A stretch of 64,000 nucleotides of DNA, taken from IMG/VR virus record IMGVR_UViG_3300042197_001007; one strand, written 5' to 3'. Within the stretch, counting starts at the first letter, position 1; each line of letters starts with the position of its first letter. Origin of the DNA: a virus. Position numbers and translations under genes: made by a program. The notes under the pieces are model-generated. The model saw only the letters and a program-made list of their open reading frames with translations, did no database searches and was not told the origin of the DNA. Shown in pieces: positions 16,888-26,582 of this stretch.

Positions 16888-18132
16888 TCATTCAGTAGGG
16901 GCAACACCTTTGACAAAGATAGCATCCACAACACGTTGAAGACGCTTCTCAGTCTGCTGACCGTAGTTACTAAACACAGGTACGGTAACGAAACCAGTAC
17001 GCTTGCGGTAGAACTCTAACTGACCAGCGGGGATCTTACCAGATTGTATATCAGCAGCGTCTTGTTTGTCAAGACGAATGACACGACCGATGGTTTGCGC
17101 CATCTCAATGACAGGCAGGTTGCGAAGCAGAATACAATGGGTCAGACCAGGAACGTTGATACCTTCGCTCAGGATGCTATAGTGGAACATGATGAACTTA
17201 CGGCTGGGATCTTTACCCCAGGCATCAAGAGTGTCAAAGAATTCTTGACGACCAACCTTCTGCTTGTTGATGTAAGCACCGTGCTTGCTGGTGATGTGAA
17301 GCACATCATAACCACGCTCAGCAAACTCTGCCATCACACTAGTGCTAGAAAGCAAACGCCACAGCACACGAGTATTAGGAGCAGCAACCAGGATCTTCTG
17401 TGCGCTGTCCTCATCAAGTTGAGATACGATGTCAATCAGCACCTCACGGTCATTCTCAGCAGCGAGGAGAGATTTGTTACGCTCGATATCAACAACGTGA
17501 GACTTGATGGTAGGAGGAATGATGCTACCATTGGCAACCAGTTCAGGAGCAGGAACATTGATCAGTTCCTTACCATAAACAGTAGTGTTGTTCATACTGA
17601 TCTGACCACCACGATACTTAGGAGTGGCAGTGAAATAGTATGCGTTCTTGGCAGTCAGCGAAGCAGCAGCAACTTCTTTATAGAAGTCACGACGCACAGA
17701 ATTGTGTGCCTCATCAAAATAGATCAGATCAACATCAATACCTGCCTCGTTGATACGGCGCAGAGAATTGTAGGTGGTGAAGATAATCTGGTGAGAATTG
17801 ACAGCTTTACAAACACTATCGTGACACTTGATCTCTTGGATCTTAGTGGTACGATTACAATTAACCTCACCGCTATGAACATGGAGGACACAAACATCCA
17901 CCTTGCCATTGAGTTCAGCAAAGAACTCTTCATACAACTGAACTGCCAGCAGGATGCGAGGAGCGCACACTACGACGGTCTGAGGGGTCTCTGCTGCCTG
18001 AAGGCGACGCAGACAGTCAAGGATCATCACAAGGGTCTTGCCGCCGCCCGTAGGGCAGGTCAGGCGACCCAGAGAGGCGGTCAGCAGAGCGTCAAGCATA
18101 CGCTGCTGGTGAGGGCGAAGAGTGAGGGTCAT
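16888..18132 (-). CDS. SF2 DEAD/DEAH-box helicase (type III restriction Res-like)
   Basis: TGGGKT, DEAH, TATP, SEGINVP and QTIGRVIR motifs; start revised to MTLTLRPHQ. Confidence 0.9.
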   Translation of the reverse strand: MTLTLRPHQQRMLDALLTASLGRLTCPTGGGKTLVMILDCLRRLQAAETPQTVVVCAPRILLAVQLYEEFFAELNGKVDVCVLHVHSGEVNCNRTTKIQEIKCHDSVCKAVNSHQIIFTTYNSLRRINEAGIDVDLIYFDEAHNSVRRDFYKEVAAASLTAKNAYYFTATPKYRGGQISMNNTTVYGKELINVPAPELVANGSIIPPTIKSHVVDIERNKSLLAAENDREVLIDIVSQLDEDSAQKILVAAPNTRVLWRLLSSTSVMAEFAERGYDVLHITSKHGAYINKQKVGRQEFFDTLDAWGKDPSRKFIMFHYSILSEGINVPGLTHCILLRNLPVIEMAQTIGRVIRLDKQDAADIQSGKIPAGQLEFYRKRTGFVTVPVFSNYGQQTEKRLQRVVDAIFVKGVAPTE

Positions 18133-18154
18133 GCGGTTCGCTGTTGATGAGAAT

Positions 18155-18213
18155 AGTATAGGGCACGAAAAAGGGGGCACGAGGCCCCCTGTGACAGTTT
18201 TTGAATTGGATCA
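18155..18213 (-). promoter_or_regulatory. early promoter with degenerate palindrome
   Basis: -10 TATACT at 18155-18160; TGTGACAGTT-TTTG-AATTGGATCA at 18190-18213; 29-bp gap. Confidence 0.7.
18168..18190 (-). terminator. intrinsic terminator after the ParB-like gene
   Basis: GGGGGC-CTCGT-GCCCCC followed by TTTTT on the minus strand. Confidence 0.75.
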
Positions 18214-19188
18214 GGCAATCAGTTGGAAAGGATCTTCCTCGTCGATAACTTGAGGAACATATCCCTTCAGGTTGAAGAGCCGGAAGTCAGCACCATGCTT
18301 CAAACGAAGCTGAAATGCCTTCTCAAACAAATCGTTGTAGCGATCTACAACTTGACGACCAGATTGACGAACTCGGTTGAGATCTTCCGCCAAGATACCT
18401 TGGGTATATCCAACGATCTCGGGCAATTCGTCCTTCTCCAAAGATTCAAGAACAGAAATCACAGCACGACGAACGTAGGTGCTGTTACCGCTAGCGTTGT
18501 AAGCAACAACACCTGCGTTAGGATCAACATTCTGTTGAACAAACTTCTGAACCTTGGGAGCATCATAAGATGCCACAGTAGCAGCACAGAGAGAAGTGTT
18601 AAGAACCTTCTCGCAGAGATCTGTGACTTGCTTCTGAGTGAAAGAGTGCTCGATAGCGTTTACCCAATCAATACAGTTACCAAGAGAAGGAAGTTCTCCG
18701 TTCTCAGATTGTTGGTTGCTGACCCAAGATGAAAGACGCTTCTTGAAATCTTCTTGTGTAGCAGCCTTGCTAGGAGGGTGGTTGTTGGCACCGAGTCCGA
18801 TCTCATCACGGACATCTTGCTCAGTGTAACCTTCCTTCACTTCAACGATGTTGAAGACCCAGTGAGTGATACCAAGCTCTACCAAAGCTTCGTAGCGAGT
18901 GTATCCATCAATCAAAGATAGAGAACTGGCAAAAGCATATGGAGGCTGAACGCTAACGAGAACACCGTTCACTGAGATGTTGCTCTTCAAAGCGTTTTTG
19001 TTGTTGTTATCCGTACCCGCAGCACGGGCGATGTTAACTACATAACCGTCAACAACGGTGTTGATGTTATCGAGACAAAGGAGACGGCGTTCAACCACTC
19101 GATAGCTCTTGCCTTCAGGGAGAGCAAGTCGGTCGAACCAAGACACTTCAGGTGCCACGTTAACAGAAGGCAGTTTGATGTATTCCAT
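18211..19188 (-). CDS. ParB/Srx N-terminal-like domain protein (start revised to MEYIKLP)
   Basis: L..SI..NG...P...LIDG.TRY.AL..LG pattern. Confidence 0.55.
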   Translation of the reverse strand: MEYIKLPSVNVAPEVSWFDRLALPEGKSYRVVERRLLCLDNINTVVDGYVVNIARAAGTDNNNKNALKSNISVNGVLVSVQPPYAFASSLSLIDGYTRYEALVELGITHWVFNIVEVKEGYTEQDVRDEIGLGANNHPPSKAATQEDFKKRLSSWVSNQQSENGELPSLGNCIDWVNAIEHSFTQKQVTDLCEKVLNTSLCAATVASYDAPKVQKFVQQNVDPNAGVVAYNASGNSTYVRRAVISVLESLEKDELPEIVGYTQGILAEDLNRVRQSGRQVVDRYNDLFEKAFQLRLKHGADFRLFNLKGYVPQVIDEEDPFQLIA

Positions 19189-19255
19189 AGTAAAAAAGAA
19201 AAGTAGCAGTTTGCTTTGGGTTATCAGTTGTTGCTTTCGCTTGACTGATGAGATA

Positions 19256-19284
19256 AGAATAACACGGTTTTCTGGGTGTGTCAA
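19256..19284 (-). promoter_or_regulatory. sigma70-type promoter
   Basis: TTGACA (19279-19284), 17 bp, TATTCT (19256-19261). Confidence 0.75.
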
Positions 19285-19305
19285 CCCCCTGAACGATAAG
19301 CGTTT

Positions 19306-19533
19306 CTAATCATCCACGCAATCCACCGAACCGATGTCGCACACAGGAACCTCGTGCTCACCACCGATCAGATACCAATGCATCAGCATCCCATGAAATT
19401 CTGGATGACCTTTGAAATGCTCAGGATAGACACGCTCACCAATATACTTCAGTTCTGTATCTGGGATGTTGTTATCCCGAATGATTGCTTGAAGCTGAAG
19501 ATGTGTCAGGTCATACTGTGTGGGGACTTTCAT
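19306..19533 (-). CDS. conserved cyanophage hypothetical protein
   Basis: ORF track. Confidence 0.65.
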   Translation of the reverse strand: MKVPTQYDLTHLQLQAIIRDNNIPDTELKYIGERVYPEHFKGHPEFHGMLMHWYLIGGEHEVPVCDIGSVDCVDD

Positions 19534-19564
19534 GCGATTTAGAATTGCTTGCCAGCAGTCTAAA

Positions 19565-19969
19565 TCATTCCTCTGGTTCTGTCAATGGGGGAGCAGCATT
19601 GTCATTAACATATGGAATGGTTCCATCTGGTTTAATCACATATGCGGTAATCTTATAATCTGGATCTGGAAGATTTTCTGGTCTTGGAAACCAGTCAAAG
19701 CAACAATCGACTGCTTCTAATTCTGTATCAAAAATATAGAAAATATCTTTTGCTTCAAGAATGGCACCTATTTCAGTTTCAGGAATAATCCAATTTGAGA
19801 AATCTTCATCAATTGGATCTTTATAATATTCGTAAATTTCTTTTTGTTTTTCAATTGACAATTCATGAAAACGATGATTGTCAATCACCAAGATGTACTT
19901 TTCCTCAAGTGCTGCCAGACGAGCACAAATTTCGTAAATGCTTTTTGGTTGTAAAGAGATTAATGCCAT
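19565..19969 (-). CDS. hypothetical protein
   Basis: ORF track; end of the tail-fibre operon. Confidence 0.7.
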   Translation of the reverse strand: MALISLQPKSIYEICARLAALEEKYILVIDNHRFHELSIEKQKEIYEYYKDPIDEDFSNWIIPETEIGAILEAKDIFYIFDTELEAVDCCFDWFPRPENLPDPDYKITAYVIKPDGTIPYVNDNAAPPLTEPEE

Positions 19970-20799
19970 TAATTCAATCCTCCACTCACAATATTGTCTA
20001 AGATATCGTCAAGAGTAACTGTGTTGTCTTGTCTCTTGACCACCGGAATTTCATCAATCGTTTCTGTCGAAATAGCGATTGAAAGATATAGCAAAATTCT
20101 ATCAGAATATTTTGTGTATACAGTTTGATTAAGATGGAAGAAATGATTTGTCAGATCAGAAAGATATTCTGCTGATGTTTCTTCTTCTTCAACCATCTTC
20201 TCATATTTTGTTGGTGTAATCGGAAACACCACTTCAGCGGCTGGAATACCTTCTTGATCTTGAGGAACATTTCTAAGTTTATCTCTATACTTAATCCACA
20301 TTTCTTGTTGTTTTTCTGTGAGTGGACTATCTCTACCAACTGTCCAATCACTGTCCATGAGAAGAAACTTGCGGATCATCACAAGTTTATTCCAGTTGAC
20401 AATATTATCTCTTTGATATATTTTTCTTAAAGCATTATCTAAATTAAAATCTTCAATGTCTCGATATTCAACATACTTTTCCTGAAGTTTTTCATATAAT
20501 TCTGTAATTTCAGATTTTGGAAAAGATGTCAAATCAAATTCATACGAAACCCACTTATATTCACCAGTTTTTTGATTTCTCTGATACTTATTTTTTGCCA
20601 TAAAGGCAGTATCGTCTTTATAATATACAAAGGTTTCTAATTTATCTTTATCAGAATCCCAAACAGGATACAAGATGGGAATAATGTTTTCATTCCAGTA
20701 ATCATCTTGAATAACCTTAGTTACTCCATTTTGTTGAATTGTTCTGTTTACAGCATTTACATATAATGCTACAGAAACAGTAGAAGCATATTCTGTCAT
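19969..20799 (-). CDS. tail fibre assembly chaperone-like protein
   Basis: LMDSDWT...D.PL...W..YR.KLR.VPQ motif of phage tail assembly chaperones; ATGA coupling at 20796-20799. Confidence 0.65.
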   Translation of the reverse strand: MTEYASTVSVALYVNAVNRTIQQNGVTKVIQDDYWNENIIPILYPVWDSDKDKLETFVYYKDDTAFMAKNKYQRNQKTGEYKWVSYEFDLTSFPKSEITELYEKLQEKYVEYRDIEDFNLDNALRKIYQRDNIVNWNKLVMIRKFLLMDSDWTVGRDSPLTEKQQEMWIKYRDKLRNVPQDQEGIPAAEVVFPITPTKYEKMVEEEETSAEYLSDLTNHFFHLNQTVYTKYSDRILLYLSIAISTETIDEIPVVKRQDNTVTLDDILDNIVSGGLN

Positions 20800-21407
20800 T
20801 GAACTTTGTGCGCCCATCCAGTCAGAATGTATTTATCTGTTGTAAAAACAGTATTACCTTTATGGACGTGAGTTAGTCCAGCAGGAAACACACAAACCAT
20901 TCCTTGTTTTGGTTTAATTCTTCTTCGTTGATAAAGAAATTCTGTTTCTGCTTCTCCATCTGGCATATCATTTAAGTATACTGTCCATACTAACTCACGG
21001 TTGCTAGTTTGATATGAAGCATTTTCATAGTGCCATTCATGATATCCACCACCAGGAGGAGTTTTTTGTGCTTTGATCGCGTATGACATTAATTTAACAC
21101 CGATCAGCTGACTATATTCTTGGCAATAATGCGTCAAACAACACTTTAGATAATCGTTAATTGTATTGGCAAGTCCAACATCGTAATCATTTAATATGAT
21201 TTGAAGATCATCTCTCCCCATTTTTCTGGAAGGAAATTGTTCTTTGCCAACATCACAAGTTTGAGCAGAAGTTTCTAAAACTTTGTCAAATTTTTCAATG
21301 ATTTGTTCACAAATTTGTTTTGGAACAAAGTTTTTCCACAAGGCAATAAAGTCATCAAATTCTCCAACCATTCGTTCGATCGGAAAAATATATTCATTTT
21401 TTGGCAT
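20796..21407 (-). CDS. 2OG-Fe(II) oxygenase (prolyl 4-hydroxylase-like)
   Basis: WHYE (HxD/E), YLND, GETEF-like strand, H-x-H-KG and KYILTGW motifs. Confidence 0.85.
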   Translation of the reverse strand: MPKNEYIFPIERMVGEFDDFIALWKNFVPKQICEQIIEKFDKVLETSAQTCDVGKEQFPSRKMGRDDLQIILNDYDVGLANTINDYLKCCLTHYCQEYSQLIGVKLMSYAIKAQKTPPGGGYHEWHYENASYQTSNRELVWTVYLNDMPDGEAETEFLYQRRRIKPKQGMVCVFPAGLTHVHKGNTVFTTDKYILTGWAHKVQ

Positions 21408-21410
21408 AAT

Positions 21411-24400
21411 TCAAATCGCTTTAATTAAGTATTTTACTCTATGATATCTAGTAATCAATGGAATGTCATTTTCTGGAACAACAAGAGCTGTTGTAGAAAC
21501 AGGAGTTGACGAACTCATTTCAAATGTTCCATCTGTAGTTACTATACCAGATTGAATAGCAGAAATATTTCTAGTTACGGAAGCAATATTAGCAAGAGTA
21601 GATCCATTTCCAGGAGTGAACACCAACTCTGTTCTAGTGTCATAGAAAAATGTGATCATTGAAACACCATAATTATCTTCTGTGACAACAGAGTTATCAT
21701 CCTGATTTTGTGGTCTTGTTTGTCTCAGAATTAATTCAACTGACGGTCCACGAGCACTAGATCCTGCTTCCAGATTAATTGAATATTCTTGCCAAGATCC
21801 ACTTGGAACTGTTGAGGAAACAACCGTGTTTAATAGATTTACAGTATTGCTTCCAGCATTTCTCCAGTAAAGAATTAAATCTTCTTCTGGAGTTGCTCCA
21901 CCATTAAAATTGGTTCCTTTAATAGCAGTAAAACGAATTCGATTTACGAGAGTCAAATCAAATGATCCAATGATGTATTCTCTGTTTCCTGGTCCTCCAG
22001 TAAAAGGCAAATATCTATTTGCTAATCCACCATAAGTTGGTAGTCCAGCACTAGTTACCATCGAAAACTTGTTGGTAGAATTTGTTCCGAGACCAGGGCT
22101 AACTGGTATCATACTATCAAATGTTGAAGATTGCCAAGCCTGATCATTTCTCGGTCCTCCCTGTGGAACACCGGCAGCATTACAATCATAAAATCTAGCA
22201 AATGGTGTTGACGGATCTCCAGTTTCAGTTCCCCCACCTTGTAATCCAATATATCTAACTTCAACAAATCCATTATTTCCCCCAGTTCCAGTTCCACCAT
22301 TAGATCCAGCATTCTGAAGTCCAGCTGTAACTGATATATTTCTTCCTTTGATTGTAAGATTTAACGATCCACCTTGACCGCCACCACCACCTGTTGGTCC
22401 GTAATTTAAGAACGTTCTGGAAACATCAATTTGAACATAACCGCCATTTCCACCACCTCGACCTCCAGAAGACCATGTAGCATTACAATAGTCAGATCTA
22501 TAAGCAGAATTTCCTCTTGCTCCGCCAGTTCCTCCACCATTTCCATTATGTCCAACACCAGCTTGACCAGCGGTGCCTCCATTTGACACAGAAGTTGGAC
22601 CAGCGCCGCCGCCGCCGCCGCCGCCACCACCAGAACTACATCCTCCGGATGTTCCAGATCCACCATTATTAAAGTCCATTGCCGAAGTCATAGCAACTAG
22701 ATTTGTTGCGGAGAGAGAGGCATTTCCACCAGCATAACATCCATCAGTTGTTCCACCGCCATTATATCCACCTCCGGATCCGCCGCCGCCGCCGCCACCG
22801 CCAGCGCCAATAATCGCATTTGCTCCATCAAAGAATACAGCAGTTGATCCACCACCACCACCGCCAGTAGCACCATTTCCCCATGCTCCAGTTCCACCAT
22901 TTCCGCCAAATGATGCTCCAGATCCACCAGCAGCAGGTCCAGATTCATTTCCAGTTCCGTCTATATTACCATCTCTGTTGTTAAATCCCTGAGCTCCAGG
23001 TTGACCGACAGTAAAACTTAAACTGCTAGGAAGTTGCGTGAGAGTTGCTGTAATTAATGCGCCATCATTAGCAGAACCACCAACTGCTCCAGTTCCTTCA
23101 CATCCAGAGTTGGCATTAGGATTTCCATTTCCCCCACCAGCACCACAAGCTTTAACTGTTACAGTCGTTGATATTGCCCCAGCACCGCCAGCTGGTAAAG
23201 TCCAAGTTCCACTCGATGTATAAGTTTGTGTAGGATCATTCGATATTGTCGTGAAAGAAGCAGATCTTCCCGTACCACCAGTTCCAGCAATATTGGCAAT
23301 ACCGCCCCCAGGGGCAGTAGAAGTAGAACTTCCTGCTCCACCACCATTTTGACCATCTGCTCCATCTGATCCAGCAAATTCAACTACAGTGTCACCAAGA
23401 GCAATTAATGCTGCTGGAACAAGGAATGTTCCTCCATCTCCACCAGAACCACCAGAATTTCCAGAACGGCCGCCACGTCCACCATAAGCATAAATTGTAT
23501 ATTCAGTACCATCAACATTAAAAGTAGCAAAAGCAAATCCACCAGCACCGCCATCTGTGTTGCTATCTGCTCCACCACCACCAGGACCAATCAAATTAAT
23601 TTCAACTCTTTTAACTTCACCTGTTGAAGCAGGAACTGGATTGGTGTTAATTGTTCCTGGTGCTGATAAATTCGTGCTGCTAAAGACAACACCAGTCCCC
23701 GGAATGTCAAACGTTTGTTCTTTACCACCAATAACAGTTGCCGCATCAACGACATAAGCAATTGGATTTGGTGTAACTTCTACTTCTTCAAATGTTCCTG
23801 CTGCCAATCTGACTATAATTACACCACCGGCTGGTGAAGATGCTGGAGCAGATGTTGGTGTAAATCTAAATGACTGCGCTAACAATCCAGAAGATAAAAC
23901 TTGAAATGATCCACTATATTGTGATGGTGTAGCACCAGTTATTGTAACATAATTCCCAGCAGAAAATCCATGATTGGTTGCTGTTGTTACGACACAAACA
24001 TTATTGGCAGAATCATATGTGATAGAAGTTACAGAAATGGCAGGACTAGATGTCACTAGATAATTTCCATTCACATCTTGTGCTCCAATTCCAGAAGTGT
24101 TGCCAATGGTAGCAAGTTTTGGATCGTTTAATGATGATCCAACAACTCCATGAGCATGACCATATGGAATTCCACCAGTAATTGCTGGTTCAAATGGTAT
24201 TATATTCGCTCGTGTTTTTGTATAAGCAACAGCAAATTGATCAGCAGGAACCCCAGAGAATTCTACTAGGAATGATTCGTTCGGTTCAGAAGAAAGAATA
24301 TAGTGAAAGTGTTCAACTGGTCTCGCAAATACATAATCGTCCAATGGTCCAAAGGTATATTGGACACTTCCAGTAAGAAAACTTGTTATGTCAGAAGTAA

Positions 24401-25253
24401 TGCTAGAATATCCTCTTGTTTTTACATTTCCAACAGTAAAAAACACTCCACCATCGAGCAAAGTATTTTTACTGATATACCAAATTCCTCCTTTTTGCCC
24501 AACAGCATTTGCCAAAGCATTTTCAACAGTTGGAGATCCCAATCCATCAACAGAACCATAACCAACAATTACTCTATCACGATAATCTGGAAGATTAAAA
24601 GTTCCAACATTATATGGATAATCTCTCAAAGAAAATTGTTTTGTGAAAATTACGTTTGGATGAATTACTCCACCTTGAGTAAAATTAAAGGTTGATCCTG
24701 CTTGATTTAATGTTGCTGGATTTACTCCAACTGGAAATTGAACTTCATAAGCAAATTCTGTTCCACCAACTGGAACGTAGGCAGAAACATTTTCTGTTGG
24801 TGCTATTAATGTATAAAAAGTGTTTATTGTAAAAACAGTAGATGGAAAAGATCCCAAACCTGTACCAGAAGAAGTAATTCTAAAACTAGTACCATATGGA
24901 TATGGAAGTTTTACAGTTGAATTTACAGATGGGTCATAATATAAATTCAAAAACATTTTATTGTTAATCCAGTAACTTCTTCTTATTCCACCAGGATTAG
25001 AAAATTGTGTTTTTGTTACTTGGGTATTTCCACCATATGTGTTTCTAACAGCAGCATAAAGTTGTGGATAGTCTCTGATGTTTAAGGTTCTACCATCGCA
25101 ATAAAGATATCCTTCATATGAATATTCCGGAGATCTAACAGCATTGTCAGAATTTACATCAACCAAAGACGTTACAATAGATCCTATCGGGGCATGTTTC
25201 CCGTTAGCATCACTCATATAATTTGATAATTTATTTCTGTATGAGACAGTCAT
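21411..25253 (-). CDS. tail fibre protein with collar domain and Gly-rich repeats
   Basis: PIGSIV...GYLYCDG...YPQLY...FNLPDYR collar motif; long GGxGG tracts. Confidence 0.8.
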   Translation of the reverse strand: MTVSYRNKLSNYMSDANGKHAPIGSIVTSLVDVNSDNAVRSPEYSYEGYLYCDGRTLNIRDYPQLYAAVRNTYGGNTQVTKTQFSNPGGIRRSYWINNKMFLNLYYDPSVNSTVKLPYPYGTSFRITSSGTGLGSFPSTVFTINTFYTLIAPTENVSAYVPVGGTEFAYEVQFPVGVNPATLNQAGSTFNFTQGGVIHPNVIFTKQFSLRDYPYNVGTFNLPDYRDRVIVGYGSVDGLGSPTVENALANAVGQKGGIWYISKNTLLDGGVFFTVGNVKTRGYSSITSDITSFLTGSVQYTFGPLDDYVFARPVEHFHYILSSEPNESFLVEFSGVPADQFAVAYTKTRANIIPFEPAITGGIPYGHAHGVVGSSLNDPKLATIGNTSGIGAQDVNGNYLVTSSPAISVTSITYDSANNVCVVTTATNHGFSAGNYVTITGATPSQYSGSFQVLSSGLLAQSFRFTPTSAPASSPAGGVIIVRLAAGTFEEVEVTPNPIAYVVDAATVIGGKEQTFDIPGTGVVFSSTNLSAPGTINTNPVPASTGEVKRVEINLIGPGGGGADSNTDGGAGGFAFATFNVDGTEYTIYAYGGRGGRSGNSGGSGGDGGTFLVPAALIALGDTVVEFAGSDGADGQNGGGAGSSTSTAPGGGIANIAGTGGTGRSASFTTISNDPTQTYTSSGTWTLPAGGAGAISTTVTVKACGAGGGNGNPNANSGCEGTGAVGGSANDGALITATLTQLPSSLSFTVGQPGAQGFNNRDGNIDGTGNESGPAAGGSGASFGGNGGTGAWGNGATGGGGGGSTAVFFDGANAIIGAGGGGGGGGSGGGYNGGGTTDGCYAGGNASLSATNLVAMTSAMDFNNGGSGTSGGCSSGGGGGGGGGAGPTSVSNGGTAGQAGVGHNGNGGGTGGARGNSAYRSDYCNATWSSGGRGGGNGGYVQIDVSRTFLNYGPTGGGGGQGGSLNLTIKGRNISVTAGLQNAGSNGGTGTGGNNGFVEVRYIGLQGGGTETGDPSTPFARFYDCNAAGVPQGGPRNDQAWQSSTFDSMIPVSPGLGTNSTNKFSMVTSAGLPTYGGLANRYLPFTGGPGNREYIIGSFDLTLVNRIRFTAIKGTNFNGGATPEEDLILYWRNAGSNTVNLLNTVVSSTVPSGSWQEYSINLEAGSSARGPSVELILRQTRPQNQDDNSVVTEDNYGVSMITFFYDTRTELVFTPGNGSTLANIASVTRNISAIQSGIVTTDGTFEMSSSTPVSTTALVVPENDIPLITRYHRVKYLIKAI

Positions 25254-26582
25254 TTAGTATTTGATTAGAAACTCTTGGACAATGTATGGTTGAATAAACT
25301 GATCTGCTTTATTTTCAGTGTTTACATCAACAGAAATTGTTGAAACAAGTGGAGCAGCTGGAATAAACGTTGGTCTTGTATTTACAACATATGTATGTGG
25401 TTGAGCAGAAAAGTTAATGAAGTGACGGTGGGATCCATCATTTCCAAACGCGGTTGTTTGATTAATAACATTATTGACTGCAGCATAAGTATCTCTGTCA
25501 CTATCAATATTCGCATCGAATGGAACATTTAAGTGAAAAGTTGTAGTTTCTTGTTTATAATTTGCTTCTAATGATTGAAATCCATTAATATTTTGACCGT
25601 TTAATCCTCCAAGAACACAACCAAGAGCAATAAGTTGAGAGCATCTTTGAGCATATGTTCCGCTATAAGTTATACTTCCACAAACAGATGTGTTTACGCT
25701 ACCGCCAAAATTACATCCGCCATTACTTCCACTGGCCATTGGAAAATTACAAGTATAACCAGATGGTATTAAACATTCACTAGATGCCCTAAATCCACAA
25801 CCGCCAGCCACACAACCACCATAGACAACATTTTCACACCCTGGATTTGATATGTATGGAACAAGACCTCTCGCAGCAGCAAAATCTCTTGTTGCTTGAT
25901 AATAACAAAGATCTTGTCTTGTATTATTTGCCCAGTTAATAACACACAAAGTAGATTTTCTAGTGTAAGAATTTCTTCCAAATGGACTAAATTCATTACC
26001 AGATGGGGCACGAACTCTGGTTCTCGTTCCATCATGGAAGTGTGCGTGCGGCATAAATCCATTTGTAAGAACATCAGTAATTTCAGTATAATTACCAGTT
26101 GATCTTGTAAATCCTGGTTCTCCAGTTATTTGAATTTGCTGTGCTGGTAAGAAAAAATCTCCCTGATATTGTATTTCATATAGTGTTCCAATATTGCTTT
26201 GAACTTCCAATCCAACACCAGATTTTGTTATTTCATTATCATTATCATCTTGAATGTACAAATCAATGTAGTCACCGAGGTTGGCACCACTTGAAGCACG
26301 TAATTTTTTTGATCCAAAATCTGGAACTTGAAATTGATTATCTAAAAGAGTTACGTTTGGTTTTCTATATCTTGACTGAGCTCCAGTGCCAAGAATTTCT
26401 GCCAGTTGAGGGAAAACTTCAGCAGAGTAAATAGTACCATCACAACGCAAATAACCAGATGGCAAATCGTCTACTGTAACTGGATCTGCCGGATCATTTG
26501 AAGATAATTGTTTTGACCAGTTAATAATCGTACCGGTCAAAGTTCCAACTTTAGATTTTTCTCTGTTATAAAATACTGCCAT
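25254..26582 (-). CDS. tail collar domain protein (short fibre-like), Cys-rich insert
   Basis: GTII...GYLRCDG...FPQLAEILG...FQVPD collar; QPY terminus. Confidence 0.8.
   Translation of the reverse strand: MAVFYNREKSKVGTLTGTIINWSKQLSSNDPADPVTVDDLPSGYLRCDGTIYSAEVFPQLAEILGTGAQSRYRKPNVTLLDNQFQVPDFGSKKLRASSGANLGDYIDLYIQDDNDNEITKSGVGLEVQSNIGTLYEIQYQGDFFLPAQQIQITGEPGFTRSTGNYTEITDVLTNGFMPHAHFHDGTRTRVRAPSGNEFSPFGRNSYTRKSTLCVINWANNTRQDLCYYQATRDFAAARGLVPYISNPGCENVVYGGCVAGGCGFRASSECLIPSGYTCNFPMASGSNGGCNFGGSVNTSVCGSITYSGTYAQRCSQLIALGCVLGGLNGQNINGFQSLEANYKQETTTFHLNVPFDANIDSDRDTYAAVNNVINQTTAFGNDGSHRHFINFSAQPHTYVVNTRPTFIPAAPLVSTISVDVNTENKADQFIQPYIVQEFLIKY

Noticed and set aside
17044-18147. 367-aa plus-strand ORF
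   Set aside because: Antisense shadow of the helicase, in register with its codons; no promoter, RBS or recognisable motif.
22590-22870. GCC/CCA microsatellite-like runs
   Set aside because: They simply encode poly-Gly tracts of the tail fibre.
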